Source: Amoebophrya sp. A120
Taxonomy: Eukaryota; Protista; Dinoflagellata
Assembly (NCBI GenBank): GCA_905178155.1
Contig: CAJINV010000013.1
Coordinates: forward strand, 1,616,281-1,680,280
DNA: 64,000 bases
Reading direction: 5' to 3'
The notes under the pieces are model-generated. The model had not been told where the DNA came from. It did no database searches and was given only the letters and a program-made list of their open reading frames with translations. Below are positions 1 to 11,252 of the stretch, piece by piece. How positions within the stretch are numbered: the stretch's first letter is position 1; each line of letters begins with the position of its first letter. The position numbers and the translations under genes were made by a program.

Positions 1-27
1 CCAAGCGACAAAGCCGAGAGCACGAAG

Positions 28-2487
28 TTGGTTGACCGCTATGAAAAGGGAATCTTCCTCGGATACTCCAGGGAGTCAAGCTCGTACGTGGTAGGTGTTT
101 TCCACCATGATGCACGCGCAAAGAGCGGCCAGAGATGGACGACAGTCGAATCTCGGTCGGTCAAGTTCGACGAGGACACGTTAGTGCCCAACGTCAACGC
201 CCTTCGGAAACCGGATAAAGAACCGTCGCAGAGGCAAGCCCCAAACGCCGACGATTCCGCTGGAGCAGTGAGAAGCGATTCCGATCGCCTTCGCGCCGCG
301 CTTGAGGAAGTTGAAAAGCGTTGGAAGCAAACTTCTGAGGGGGTTGAAGAACCGGCTCTGAAACGGAGAAAAACGGAGTCGCCCCCCCCGGCGCCGGAAA
401 CGGCCCAGGGCGGAGACAAAGAGAACGAGTCTGCCGGAAGTCCCACCGACGGCGACGGCCGTGGTGCGGCGCCCGCAGATGGTCCCGCGCAGGAAGGAGG
501 AAACCCAGCTCCTGTCGCCCCACATGTTGCGCCCCAGGTAGCGCCGCCGGACGTTTCAAACTTGATCGATGACGACCTCAACCCCTACACGTTAGTGGAA
601 AAAGATGGCGTCCTCATCAAGAAAAGAAACCGTCGCGGACGGCCCAAAGGGCTTACTCGCGCACAATGTCCCCACTGGCAGAAGCCCGGTCGGAAACCCA
701 AGCAGCCAACTGCTTCGGACCTTGTGCAGCCCCTTCGAGATCAGCCCCAGGGCAATGGCGCAAAAGCAATTTTTGAAAATGAAGTCGCTAGTGCGTTTGT
801 TGCTTCTCGAGTTTTTGATCAAGAGAAGGATGGCGAGGCGATTTGTTGGACAGTACAAGTCACCAGGGTGGAGGCGTTTACAGGACCAAACGCCGCCAAA
901 TGGCTGGAAGCTGATACGCTAGAGCGTACACAGCTAGAAGCACTTAAGTGCTGGAGGCCGTTACAAGATGGCGAATTCGGTAAGGACGACGAGATCATCC
1001 CGGCCGTTGTGATTTACACTCGCAAACGGTGTGGAAGATTCAAGGCCCGCCTTGTTGCACTCGGAAACCGCCAGACGAAAGTCATGCGCGCCGAAGTGTT
1101 CTCCCCGACCGTTTCCCATGCCGCGACCCGCACCCTGATGGTTGATGCCGCCGCTTCGGCTAAGTTCGTTGAACAATTCGACATCTCGAATGCGTTCATC
1201 CGTTCAGCCTTAGACGAATCGGATAGAGTCTTTGTTCGCTTACCCAAACACTGGAGCACGGATGCCCGTGGCGACAAAGTCAGACTTTTGAAGTCCCTAT
1301 ACGGACTCAAAATCGCGCCACGCAAGTGGTATGATACGTATGCCGCGTATCTTCTGGAGGACGGCTGGAAACGCTGCCCCCAGGAACCCGGACTATTCAA
1401 GAAGAACGGGCTGACGCTGGCCATCTACGTTGATGACTCCCTCATCTCGGGCGAGAAGTTCGACGAGGTGTCCGCCGCCTGCGCCCGTATCCTTGGTAAG
1501 TTCGAAGGCAAACTTATCCCCGCAGAGAAAGAAGGCTCCTGCGATGTTCGGGATATCCTTGGCGTTCGTATGCGTTACGATCGGCAACGGAAGACCTTGC
1601 GCCTTGATTTGGAGAAAGCCATCAAGAAGCTCGCGGAAAAGTTCAAAATCGACGCTGGAGAGCCACTTTCCACGCCGTGCGTTTACACCGACTTTGATGA
1701 AGGAAAGCCGCTGCCGGATTACCCGCTGCGTAGCCTCATCGGAGGACTGCAGTATATTGCAACCATGGCCCGCCCAGATTGCATGTTTGCAGTGAACAGG
1801 GTCGCACGAGCTCAAGTCAAGCCTACAGCTTCTGTCGTGACAGCGGCAAAGCGTGTAGTCAGGTACTTGCTGCAGACTTCCCATGTCGTTCTAGAGTACA
1901 CACCGGAAAGAGAGCGGGAATTTCGCAAGCAATATACTGAAGTGCTTGAGGAGCAAAATTCCAAACAGTCCCTCCCGGACTTTGTGGGATTCAGCGACGC
2001 AGATTTTGCTGGGTGCTCCGTCACCCTCCGCAGCAGCAGTGGAAGCATTCTCTTTTTCAGGGGCATGCCCATCGCTTGGTCTAGCAAGCGCCAGACACTT
2101 CGCGCATACTCAACATGCGAGAGTGAGTACATTGCCCTCTTCGACACGTTGAAGCTATCGCAGGCCCAGGGGTATCTGGAGTGGCTCGATGAAAATCAGT
2201 CTCTGCCCGGTATTCTCTTTGTGGACAACAAATCTGCAATCGAAGTTGCGCGCTCGGAGTTACCAACCAAGAAGACGAAACACTTCTTGCTCCGTTTTCA
2301 CGAAGTCAAGGATCACGTCGAAAACATCGCGCACGTACCCACCGGCGTGAACAAGGCTGATCCCTTGACCAAACCAATGGGAAATCCTTTGCTGTGTTTC
2401 CACGCGTGCGCCCACCCATCTATTGACTTAGATGACAGCAAGATCGGCCTGCCGGCTGTCTACGCCGCCGCGATTTTCGAATCGTAG
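28..2487 (+). CDS. copia Pol polyprotein (RT-RNase H), 5'-truncated by the window
   Basis: Uninterrupted 819-aa frame with YVDD and RNase H catalytic motifs. Confidence 0.95.
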   Translation: MVDRYEKGIFLGYSRESSSYVVGVFHHDARAKSGQRWTTVESRSVKFDEDTLVPNVNALRKPDKEPSQRQAPNADDSAGAVRSDSDRLRAALEEVEKRWKQTSEGVEEPALKRRKTESPPPAPETAQGGDKENESAGSPTDGDGRGAAPADGPAQEGGNPAPVAPHVAPQVAPPDVSNLIDDDLNPYTLVEKDGVLIKKRNRRGRPKGLTRAQCPHWQKPGRKPKQPTASDLVQPLRDQPQGNGAKAIFENEVASAFVASRVFDQEKDGEAICWTVQVTRVEAFTGPNAAKWLEADTLERTQLEALKCWRPLQDGEFGKDDEIIPAVVIYTRKRCGRFKARLVALGNRQTKVMRAEVFSPTVSHAATRTLMVDAAASAKFVEQFDISNAFIRSALDESDRVFVRLPKHWSTDARGDKVRLLKSLYGLKIAPRKWYDTYAAYLLEDGWKRCPQEPGLFKKNGLTLAIYVDDSLISGEKFDEVSAACARILGKFEGKLIPAEKEGSCDVRDILGVRMRYDRQRKTLRLDLEKAIKKLAEKFKIDAGEPLSTPCVYTDFDEGKPLPDYPLRSLIGGLQYIATMARPDCMFAVNRVARAQVKPTASVVTAAKRVVRYLLQTSHVVLEYTPEREREFRKQYTEVLEEQNSKQSLPDFVGFSDADFAGCSVTLRSSSGSILFFRGMPIAWSSKRQTLRAYSTCESEYIALFDTLKLSQAQGYLEWLDENQSLPGILFVDNKSAIEVARSELPTKKTKHFLLRFHEVKDHVENIAHVPTGVNKADPLTKPMGNPLLCFHACAHPSIDLDDSKIGLPAVYAAAIFES

Positions 2488-2874
2488 TCCATCTTCCGTG
2501 CGTTGCACACTAAGGCTACACAGGACTGCGGAAATGTGTAGGGCGCTAGTACCCATACGATTTTCCTTCATCCTGAAACCGTGCTTCGTTTCTGAGGGGG
2601 GAAGGTTTTTCATCGTGTTGGTGATTTTCTCTTTGTGCCGTAGCCATGCGTTTTTCGTGAGGTATTTCGCCAAAGATGCTAGCATATCTTGCATGCCATG
2701 CATTCATCGTCAGCGTAGCATCGTGTTTTCAGTGGTATTCGGTATCTTTAGGTCGAGGCAGATAGTTTACAGGTGTATCGTGCTCTTTCTCTTATTGCGA
2801 CTACCCACCAAACCGTTATCGTTCCATCCTGTCACTAGGGGGAATGTAGGCAGGTGCATAGTCGTGAGGGGGAA

Positions 2875-2968
2875 TGTAGGCATGATCACTAAATCACCAT
2901 GTCATGATGATCATGTCGACCAAGTACTGATGCAAATGCCACCTGAAATCCACGATCATGAAATGCAA
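2875..2968 (+). repeat. 3' LTR (partial, ends at N 2969)
   Basis: Matches the first 94 bp of the full LTR at 5259-5505. Confidence 0.9.
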
Positions 2969-2969
2969 N

Positions 2970-3064
2970 AAAGCCAAAACTCAAATCCCTCGGCTTAATA
3001 AAGCCAAAACTCAAATCCCTCGGCTTAATAAAGCCAAAACTCAAATCCCTCGGCTTAATAAAGC
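2970..3064. repeat. 30-bp tandem repeat x3 (AAAGCCAAAACTCAAATCCCTCGGCTTAAT)
   Basis: Three exact units directly after the N gap. Confidence 0.9.
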
Positions 3065-4419
3065 AAAAGTTGATCAGACGGCCGGAGACGACCTGGAATG
3101 CGAATGATAAAGTCAAGAGAGTGACAACAATAAAGCATTTGAAGTAAACTACCTATAACTACACAAAACATAAAAAGCACTACGCTAGGAAAAAATAGAT
3201 CCTGATTTGATAGTACGATTTTCATATTTGGAACTTGCGTCATGGTTTCAAATCTGGAAATGAAGTCACTGTGCGAGGGCGAAAGCAATGGAAGGCATCT
3301 GTGTGCAGAGAGGATTAAGCGTGACAGAAATTAAGGAAGAGGAGGAAAAGGAACGAGCAGAGAAAGTCGTTTTTTGCTTTCTTATGGTCTGCTGGTGATG
3401 AACGTCTTCACCAACGCCTTAAGCGCCGGCCTAAACCTGCCCCCCGTTTGCCTACGGGAAGCAGACCGATCATGATCCGCGGCTCCAGCCATTTGTAACT
3501 CCGCAAGAAAGGACACCGGTGGGCGCGAAGAGATGGCGCTGCGCTTCTCTCATCTCTCTCTTCCATGTATCTCTCATGAGGATCTCGGAAATTATTTGAA
3601 CAAAATAATGCATAGATGGCGCCAAAAAAAACGATAAAGTCAAAATAGGAACCCTAAACTAAGCCCTTCTAAACCCTGGAACCCTTCTGCGGCGGCTGGG
3701 TCGACGGAGGGAAGAAGTCACGACGGCATGCTGGTGGAGAATCCTGGTGCGCGTAACATGTGATGGTCCTAAATTGGGGTGGTTTATCACCTGCCTAATT
3801 CTAAACCAAGAACCCGATCCCCGAAAGAAAAAAACTGCTTGGTGCCAGTAGGGCCCGAGGAAAAAGGAAGGCGCAACAGAGAAAGCGAACTATGAAGCCG
3901 TTTGTAAAAAAGCGCTATCAAAAAGCCTTTTGCTCTGATCCTTCAGGGCGTGCACTCCCGTCTGGTTCTAAAGCTTCAGCAGTGCTGAGAGTACTCCGAC
4001 CCTAAACCTCGAGACTGAAGTCAAGAGATCTACGTACGTATGCGCACGAGCAAGGCAGGAATAGCGTCTGATGTGGACGCATTCCTAACTAAAACAAAGG
4101 GGCCAATTTGCGATGCGGAAATCGAAAACGCTCAGAGAGCGACACTAGATCGAGCGAGGGCAGCGAGAAAAAGCCGATACAACACCTACGACCTAAACTC
4201 AAGACCATCGTCAGCTCTTTCGCGTGGCAGACCCGATAAAAACACGATGCAGGCGAACATACTACAAAATCAGACGGCCGGAGACGACCTGGAATGCGAG
4301 TGATAAAGATACAACAGCGCGTTGATGAAGAGATCACATTCATACGGTTCTTCTTGCACGAAATAAAATTTCAGGACAACATACGAGGAAAATGACCTCC
4401 GCGAGCAGAAAAAGAAAAA

Positions 4420-5505
4420 TGTTAGAACACTAATACCACCATGTAGCCCGGTGAACAGGCTACTGTACTAGTATCCACGTAACTGTAGTAGCATGGGAAG
4501 TACACAAACATCATCATCATTTCATCATCACTCATTCTCTCTCGTCGGGATACCGCTCGGGGAACTGAGTGATTGCATTTCATGATCGTGGATTTCAGGT
4601 GGCATTTGCATCAGTACTTGGTCGACATGATCATCATGACATGGTGATTTAGTGATCATGCCTACATTCCCCCTCACGACTATGCACCTGCCTACATTCC
4701 CCCTAGTGACAGGATGGAACGATAACGGTTTGGTGGGTAGTCGCAATAAGAGAAAGAGCACGATACACCTGTAAACTATCTGCCTCGACCTAAAGATACC
4801 GAATACCACTGAAAACACGATGCTACGCTGACGATGAATGCATGGCATGCAAGATATGCTAGCATCTTTGGCGAAATACCTCACGAAAAACGCATGGCTA
4901 CGGCACAAAGAGAAAATCACCAACACGATGAAAAACCTTCCCCCCTCAGAAACGAAGCACGGTTTCAGGATGAAGGAAAATCGTATGGGTACTAGCGCCC
5001 TACACATTTCCGCAGTCCTGTGTAGCCTTAGTGTGCAACGCACGGAAGATGGACTACGATTCGAAAATCGCGGCGGCGTAGACAGCCGGCAGGCCGATCT
5101 TGCTGTCATCTAAGTCAATAGATGGGTGGGCGCACGCGTGGAAACACAGCAAAGGATTTCCCATTGGTTTGGTCAAGGGATCAGCCTTGTTCACGCCGGT
5201 GGGTACGTGCGCGATGTTTTCGACGTGATCCTTGACTTCATGAAAACGGAGCAAGTAATGTAGGCATGATCACTAAATCACCATGTCATGATGATCATGT
5301 CGACCAAGTACTGATGCAAATGCCACCTGAAATCCACGATCATGAAATGCAATCACTCAGTTCCCCGAGCGGTATCCCGACGAGAGAGAATGAGTGATGA
5401 TGAAATGATGATGATGTTTGTGTACTTCCCATGCTACTACAGTTACGTGGATACTAGTACAGTAGCCTGTTCACCGGGCTACATGGTGGTATTAGTGTTC
5501 TAACA
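4420..5505. mobile_element. Aberrant copia derivative: inverted LTR (4420-4666), inverted PPT/RNase H end (4667-5255), forward LTR (5259-5505)
   Basis: Two 247-bp TG...CA LTRs in opposite orientation. The interior is the reverse complement of about 2287-2874. AAAAA flanks both sides. Confidence 0.9.
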
Positions 5506-5558
5506 AAAAACCAACTCGAGGTTACTTATATCTTTACCGTAACAAATTGCTCAAGTAC

Positions 5559-8500
5559 CTGTCTTGCCCGCTCCCAGCCTTCCCCCTTCGGTGAGCAGGG
5601 GGTGCCCAGCAAAACCGCGTGCATGACGCAGTGATAGGCCCCCAGGGCGTGCAGCTCCTGGAGACAGTAGAAGATGACGCGCGCGCCCATGCTGTGCCCA
5701 ACCAGGACCACGGGGCGCTGGCCCAGCGCCTGCCGGTCCGCGATGGCGTTGGCCAAGGCCTGCCCGGCCAGCTTGGCCCGCTCTTTGATCACCGCCCACT
5801 CGTGGTCCAAGTCTTTCAAGTACGACACCACGTACCACGGCCACACGATGGCGTACGCCGCAGAGACACTGACCGTGGCGACGGTCGCGCGCACCCAGAG
5901 GTTGGCCGCCGTCTCGCCCACGTACGATTTTACCGTGTCCGACAACACGTTGCCGAGCTTCAGCAACTGCGCGGTCTCCCACCGGAGGGAAAAGTAGTCG
6001 GAGTTCGTATCAAAAGGAAAAATCCCCCTTCCCCATATCAAAAGGAAGTTTCTGATGCTGGATTTGCGTAGACAAATCAGCTGTGTATAGCAGAGAGGCA
6101 CTGCGGGCAGATCTCCAGGCTAGATGGGGGCGTATGTGTCTAGTTGTTCAGCATGGCAAACGGCTCCCCTTTATTAGGCCCAACAGCATGACAAATCGCC
6201 TCCATAATGGGGCGGAAGCTCCTGCCCTTGTCTTCTTGCAAGACAAATGTGATTTGTGACCTCAAATCAGCAACACAAATTTTCGAAGTCATACCTTTTC
6301 AATATGGGGAGGGGGGGTTTTTCCTCTCAATAGTTCGGAAAGTGCCGCGTCGCCACCTTGCGCCAGGTCTCCGTGACCTGCTGCTCCTCCTTCAGCCAGC
6401 CGGAAATAAACAAGACCAATGGCATATCGGGTTTGAAAACCTCTGACCCTTCATCCCCAGAACTTGTTACTTACAAGTGAAAGAACACTTCTTTCCACTT
6501 ATAGAAAAACGATTGATGTTCCACGACTTGCATACTTTGCTATGCCGCCAATAAAGCACATATATCTCGATGTTGCAGGATAGAGAAATAAATCTGCACA
6601 TGCAAAAATCAAACCCAGGCGACAAAATTTGGGGCTTGTCATTATGCAGGAGCTACGTTCTGCGCCTAAAACTACCAGCATGGGAAGTCAAGCAAAGAGT
6701 TGACGCAAGATGAAAAGTTGAAAATGCAAGCTTTTTTCCAAAAGCAAAAGAACAAACATCTCGCATTATTTCTGGAAAGATCAGGGCGCTACTATCATCG
6801 CTTTCGATATTGCACTGCACCAGACTCGCCGGACGTCGTGGAGCTGACGGGAGAGCACTCCAGGGACTGCAGGCGGTTCCGCCTGAATTTCAGTCCGACG
6901 ATTTGCTCGTTCATCGGCGCCTTTTTCGACTTGAAAATGGTCGATTCCAGCTGTAGATACGACCCCGTGGACGCGAACTTGCCGACCCGGCCCAGGTTGG
7001 TCGTGAACTCCAGGCAGTAACCCAAATTTTTCCGGTTTTCGGGCTCGGAGAAGTACCCCTCGACTTGCACCAGGTACTCGTCCGCGGTGAGGCAGAACGG
7101 CTCGAACACGGTCCCGTCGTCCTCTTCCCCGTACTCCAGCAGGCGCCCGTCCGCAAAGTAGAGTTGCAGTCGTTGTATGTAGTGGAAGTTGCCGAACCCG
7201 GAAATGCTGGTGATTTTCTTCTCGTCGCTCATGGGGACAAACACAAACTCGGACAGGTCGCCGAACCGCTTTCCCAGCTTCACGCCCGTCATCCCCGCCC
7301 CGATCGTGCCAAACACCGCGACGGCGCCCGCTGTGCCGAGGGAGCTGAGCGCAACCCCGACGGCCCCGAGGGTGCCCGCGACGGCTGTGCCGGCGGCGCC
7401 GAGACCCACCGCCGCACCCGCACCGGCGACGGCGGAGCCAATAGCGCCAAGCCCGACGGACACCGCAGGGGCGGCGAGACCTGGAAAGGACGTTTTTGTG
7501 CTGTGTAGTGCTTCTATCTAAAGTCTTAGTGATTGCAACAGCGAGATCATGCGAGGACAAAACCGTTGAAAAAAAAATTCGTTCTTCTATCACAGATGTT
7601 GAGGACTAGAAAAATCACAAACAGAGAAGTATCAGCATTAGCACGTACCTCCCGTCAGGCCGAGCAGTAGCCCGCCGCCGATCACCCCGCCCGCAACTTT
7701 CCAGTACTTGGAAGAGTTGTCGACCCGGTTTTCCGAGGCTAGGATCTTGAACAGCGCCCCGCCGATCTCCCGCTCCCAGGCCATAATGTTGATCTTGGAG
7801 ACGTCGAACCCCTTTTCGGCCACCACGAACATGAGGACGCGGCACCGGGCGTCAAGCAGGCCGGAGAGGAGCAACGCCGCGACCAGATCCCTGGTCAAAA
7901 GCAGACGCTGCTTCCCGCTCGGGAACCGCTGCGAAATAATTTTGTTGTACTCGATGTTATTTTTAGGATTCATACCCTTCTCCACGTGCACACAGTTTCG
8001 GTAGACCTCGACGAGCGGCTCGTACGCCGTTTGCTCCAACTGCAGTATTTCCTGCGCGAGGGCCTGGAGAATTAGCAAGTGCTTGCGGATCAAAATCTTC
8101 CGGAACTTCGCCAGGCTCTTCACGTTCTCCGCCTGTAGCCAGTGCGCGTTGGAGCTCTGCAGCTCCAATTTCGACGACTGCTGCTTCGAAAGTCGGGCTT
8201 TCGGTCGGGTTTTCGCCATGGGTTGCATGGCATTCGTGGTGGTGCTGGCAGAGGAGGTGCTGGACGTGGGCTGTCGCGGGGAGGCTGCTGGGGGACCTGG
8301 TTTACAGGTCGCAGAAGCGGATTTCATTCCACCTGCGACATCATTGTTGATGGGCAAATAATCTGCCACGTTCTTGTTGGCGTTGGCAGTGGGTCCTTGG
8401 GGTGATTCTTGGGAGGTGGAAAGATCTTGTTTTCGGACGTCCTTTAGCCGGCTTTGATCATCTTGCGCTCGACTCGAGTTCGCTGCTGCAACGCTCGAGG

Positions 8501-11252
8501 AGCTGGGAATGGACTTGAAGCTACTGCTGCTGTGGTCCTTGTTTTCAGTCGCTTTCATCGCACGGCCAGCGCGACTACTGGTAGTTTCCGTTTCTTCGGA
8601 AAGGACAGGATTCTTGTCGATTCCGTTCGCAGAAGTTGCAGGGGCTAATGGCGGCGAGCCGGCGGGAGAGGACGAGGCGGAGGTATTGTCGTTGCTCGGC
8701 CCCAGCCACGGACGGGGGTCGAGCCCTTCATCCTCCTCGTCGCTTGACGTGTCATCCTCGTCTTTCCGGCCTGTTCTCCTCTTGTCTTCGTCGCCGACGC
8801 TATTTTCACCAGCGCCTGCAGACACTTGTTCTCGTTCTCCTCGAGCCGCATCATCTCGCTCATCTACGTCTTTTCCCGGCGCCGCGGCCTTTACGGTCGT
8901 TTTGGGCTTACTTGGTGCCCCCGCTGCGGTGAAGTCCACTTCCGACGCAGGCGTGGGCGTGGTGGCTGCTGTGGACTCGACTTCGGAAGTGAGTAAATCT
9001 TCCGCCACTTTCCGGTCCGCTTGTTCCATCGCGATGGGGTTCTTCACCACATTCATAATCTGCAACTGCTCCTTGCTACTCAGCAAATCTTTCTGAACCA
9101 CCGGGGTGACTGGTGGCGTGGCATTTTTAACAGCACTCGCAGTGGTCGTTATTTCGCCTCCGCCAGGTATTAAACCACCGCCACTAGTACCTGGTCGTCC
9201 GCTCGGCGCCTGCTGTTGCTTGATTCTCTGTATCCTCTCCGCCTTCGGTGGCTGCGCGCGAATCGCCTGCGTGTTGCCGTCCCGAATCGAATTCTGCGGG
9301 CGGTGGTCTACTTGCGGCGCGCCGCGACCACTGTTGGCCGGCGCGCCCGCGACGTTTACCCCCGCATGGGCGACGAGGTCGTCGCCGGAAGCGGACTTTT
9401 TCAGCACGATGAGCTGGTCCAGGTCCGTGCAGAGCTGCTGCGCCGCACACAGCGCGAAGGTCAGGACAATGTCCGACTTCGCGTTCTCTTCCAGGGTGCG
9501 CAACCGGTTCATGTCCACCTCTTCGTCCTTTATGATCTCCTCCATTTGCTCCGCGTTCTCTTTTCGCTCCTCCATCTGCCGATATATCGCGTCGATCTCG
9601 TCGATCTGTTCCTGCGTGAGCACATGCTCCTGCGACTCGGACTTCCGGTGCTGCAGGTCCTCCAGATTGCTGGGATCCAGACCACCGCCGTCACCGTTTT
9701 CGAATGAACCGTTGTGTCCGTTCGTCGCGCTGCTGCTCAAATTTGAAGAGGTGTAATTGCCCGAACTACTCGGTTGTTGATGCGACGAGGAGCTGTAACT
9801 CGATTGCGAAGCGATCTGGGGCTTGTTCGAGGAGCTGTGGGGAATACCGAAAGAGTACTGCTGCTGCAGCCGCTGCTGGTCCACCTGGTTATTTCGGTTC
9901 TTACTCTGATGTCCGCTACCGACCTTCTGTTCGCCCGGGCGAAGGTTCGCCACGTCGATGCTTTGCTGCTCTCCATCCGCTTCAATGAGCTGCAAGTTGT
10001 CACCTCCCGCACTATTCCTATCCGTCGCGGTGCTCCGTCTTGAGCCGCTGGTACTCCTGTCGTTCCCCGTTGTGCTCCGGCCGGAATAATCGGTCGCTTG
10101 CTGCCAGCCCGACCGGTTTTGCGACCCCGTCGTTCCTCGCTGGGGCGGCGCGAAATTCGTTTGCGGATTAAAGCCGTACGACGATCTTGATGCGCCGTCT
10201 CTTGGTGGTGAAAACCCGCCTGAGCTCTTGTTCATCTTCCCGGCTTGCTGTCTTGTCTGCGCAGCAGAATTAGACGTCGTGCCACTGCTGTGGATGCTGC
10301 CCTGCGTCACTTTCACGTCGGTGGAGCTCTCGATGCTCAATCGCACGACGGTGGAGTCGTCGTTCTCCGCCACCACTTCCCAGCTGCAAGTCTGCTGTCC
10401 CACCATGCCCTCGCCGACTCCCAGGCCGTCGTTCCCGTCGCAGGGACCAACCAGCAGCGTGAAGGGCGCACCGCCCGCCTGCTGCGCCGCGCGCGCCCAC
10501 TCGTTGCGCAGGGAAAGTTGAAGCTGGGTGGATTTGCGGTTGTTCCCCGCGCTTGATGTACTAGAAGAGGATGACGAATTTTGTTGATTCAAGATGTCGT
10601 ACGCTTTCTCCGGGTGCGGGTTGCCAAAGGCAATACACAGCTGCCGCCCGATGTCGCTCGAATAATTGTGAGCCGTCGAGGAGTTTCTGCCGCCCCGAAG
10701 CAGGAGGTTCTTACTATTCATAGCAGACGCTGTCATCGCATTCATTCCACCGCCGCTAGCAGACCCTGAGTTCCGGCCATTGGATGTGGAGGAGCTCGAA
10801 CCGCCACGCGTATAGCTCCCGCCACTCAACAGGCTCACGGTGGAGGACTTCTTCTCCTGCTCCATCTTGCTACGAAGTGCGCTGGCGTTCGAAGCGGTGG
10901 ACTGAAAGTTGTTCCTGTGGTCGACTACTTCCACCGGATCCATTTCCACGTGCGTGTTCTTCTTGTTCTGCGAACTGGTGGAGGGCGCCGTTGAAGTAGT
11001 TCGCCCTAACGCCGCGCTCATCATGGGGTTCTTCTTCAGCATGCGCCTTTCGTCATTCCCGGCACTCAGTCGCTCCCAGAACCGCACGGCACCCCCGAGC
11101 GCCTCGTCGTCTTCCACGAGGAAGTGCAGCACCGCCGAGCTGTAGAACCGGTCGACCGTGGTCGCAAACCTTCCCTTGCCCATGAACCACTCTCCGTCCA
11201 GGGAGAACTCGCAACCCGTGTGGTTGTCCACGATAATCTTGATCTCCCGCAT
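5559..11252 (-). CDS. DUF726/TMCO4-like alpha/beta-hydrolase membrane protein with long low-complexity N-terminus and inserted jacalin-like domain (multi-exon; 3' end continues toward 3060-4290 and is unresolved)
   Basis: Motifs LDARCRV, YWKVAGGVIGGGLLLGLTGG, FISGWL, LRWE, RPVVLVGHSMGARVIFYCLQEL, AVLLGTP. A GT-AG intron at ~7481-7648 and introners at 6425-6809 and 6008-6332 join in frame. Confidence 0.85.
6008..6332. mobile_element. Introner family A (TIR TATCAAAAGGAAAAATCCCCC), TSD GTTCG/GTTCG
   Basis: ~36-bp imperfect TIR. Removing element+5 nt gives ...RHFPN|SDYFSLRWE. Confidence 0.92.
6425..6809. mobile_element. Degenerate introner, TSD TGGCA/TTGCA
   Basis: TATCG...CGATA termini. Removal gives SGAVQ|LVLFISGWL in frame. 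Confidence 0.65.

Larger units (their letters stand above)
1..2968 (+). mobile_element. Ty1/copia LTR retrotransposon, 3' part (end of integrase region, RT, RNase H, PPT, start of 3' LTR cut by N gap)
   Basis: ORF 28-2487 has copia motifs GIFLGYS, FKARLVALG, FDISNAFI, LLKSLYGLK, YVDD and RNase H FSDADFAG...STCESEY...NKADPLTK. PPT GAGGGGGAA lies directly before the LTR start TGTAGG at 2875. Confidence 0.95.

Noticed and set aside
2432-2998. 188-aa ORF (and its mirror at 4528-5109) as an env-like or accessory retroelement gene
   Set aside because: It overlaps the pol end, 3' UTR and LTR and has no recognisable motifs. Its conservation only reflects the recent duplication.
2970-3064. 30-bp repeats as a CRISPR array
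   Set aside because: The units are contiguous with no spacers, the context is eukaryotic, and they abut an assembly gap.
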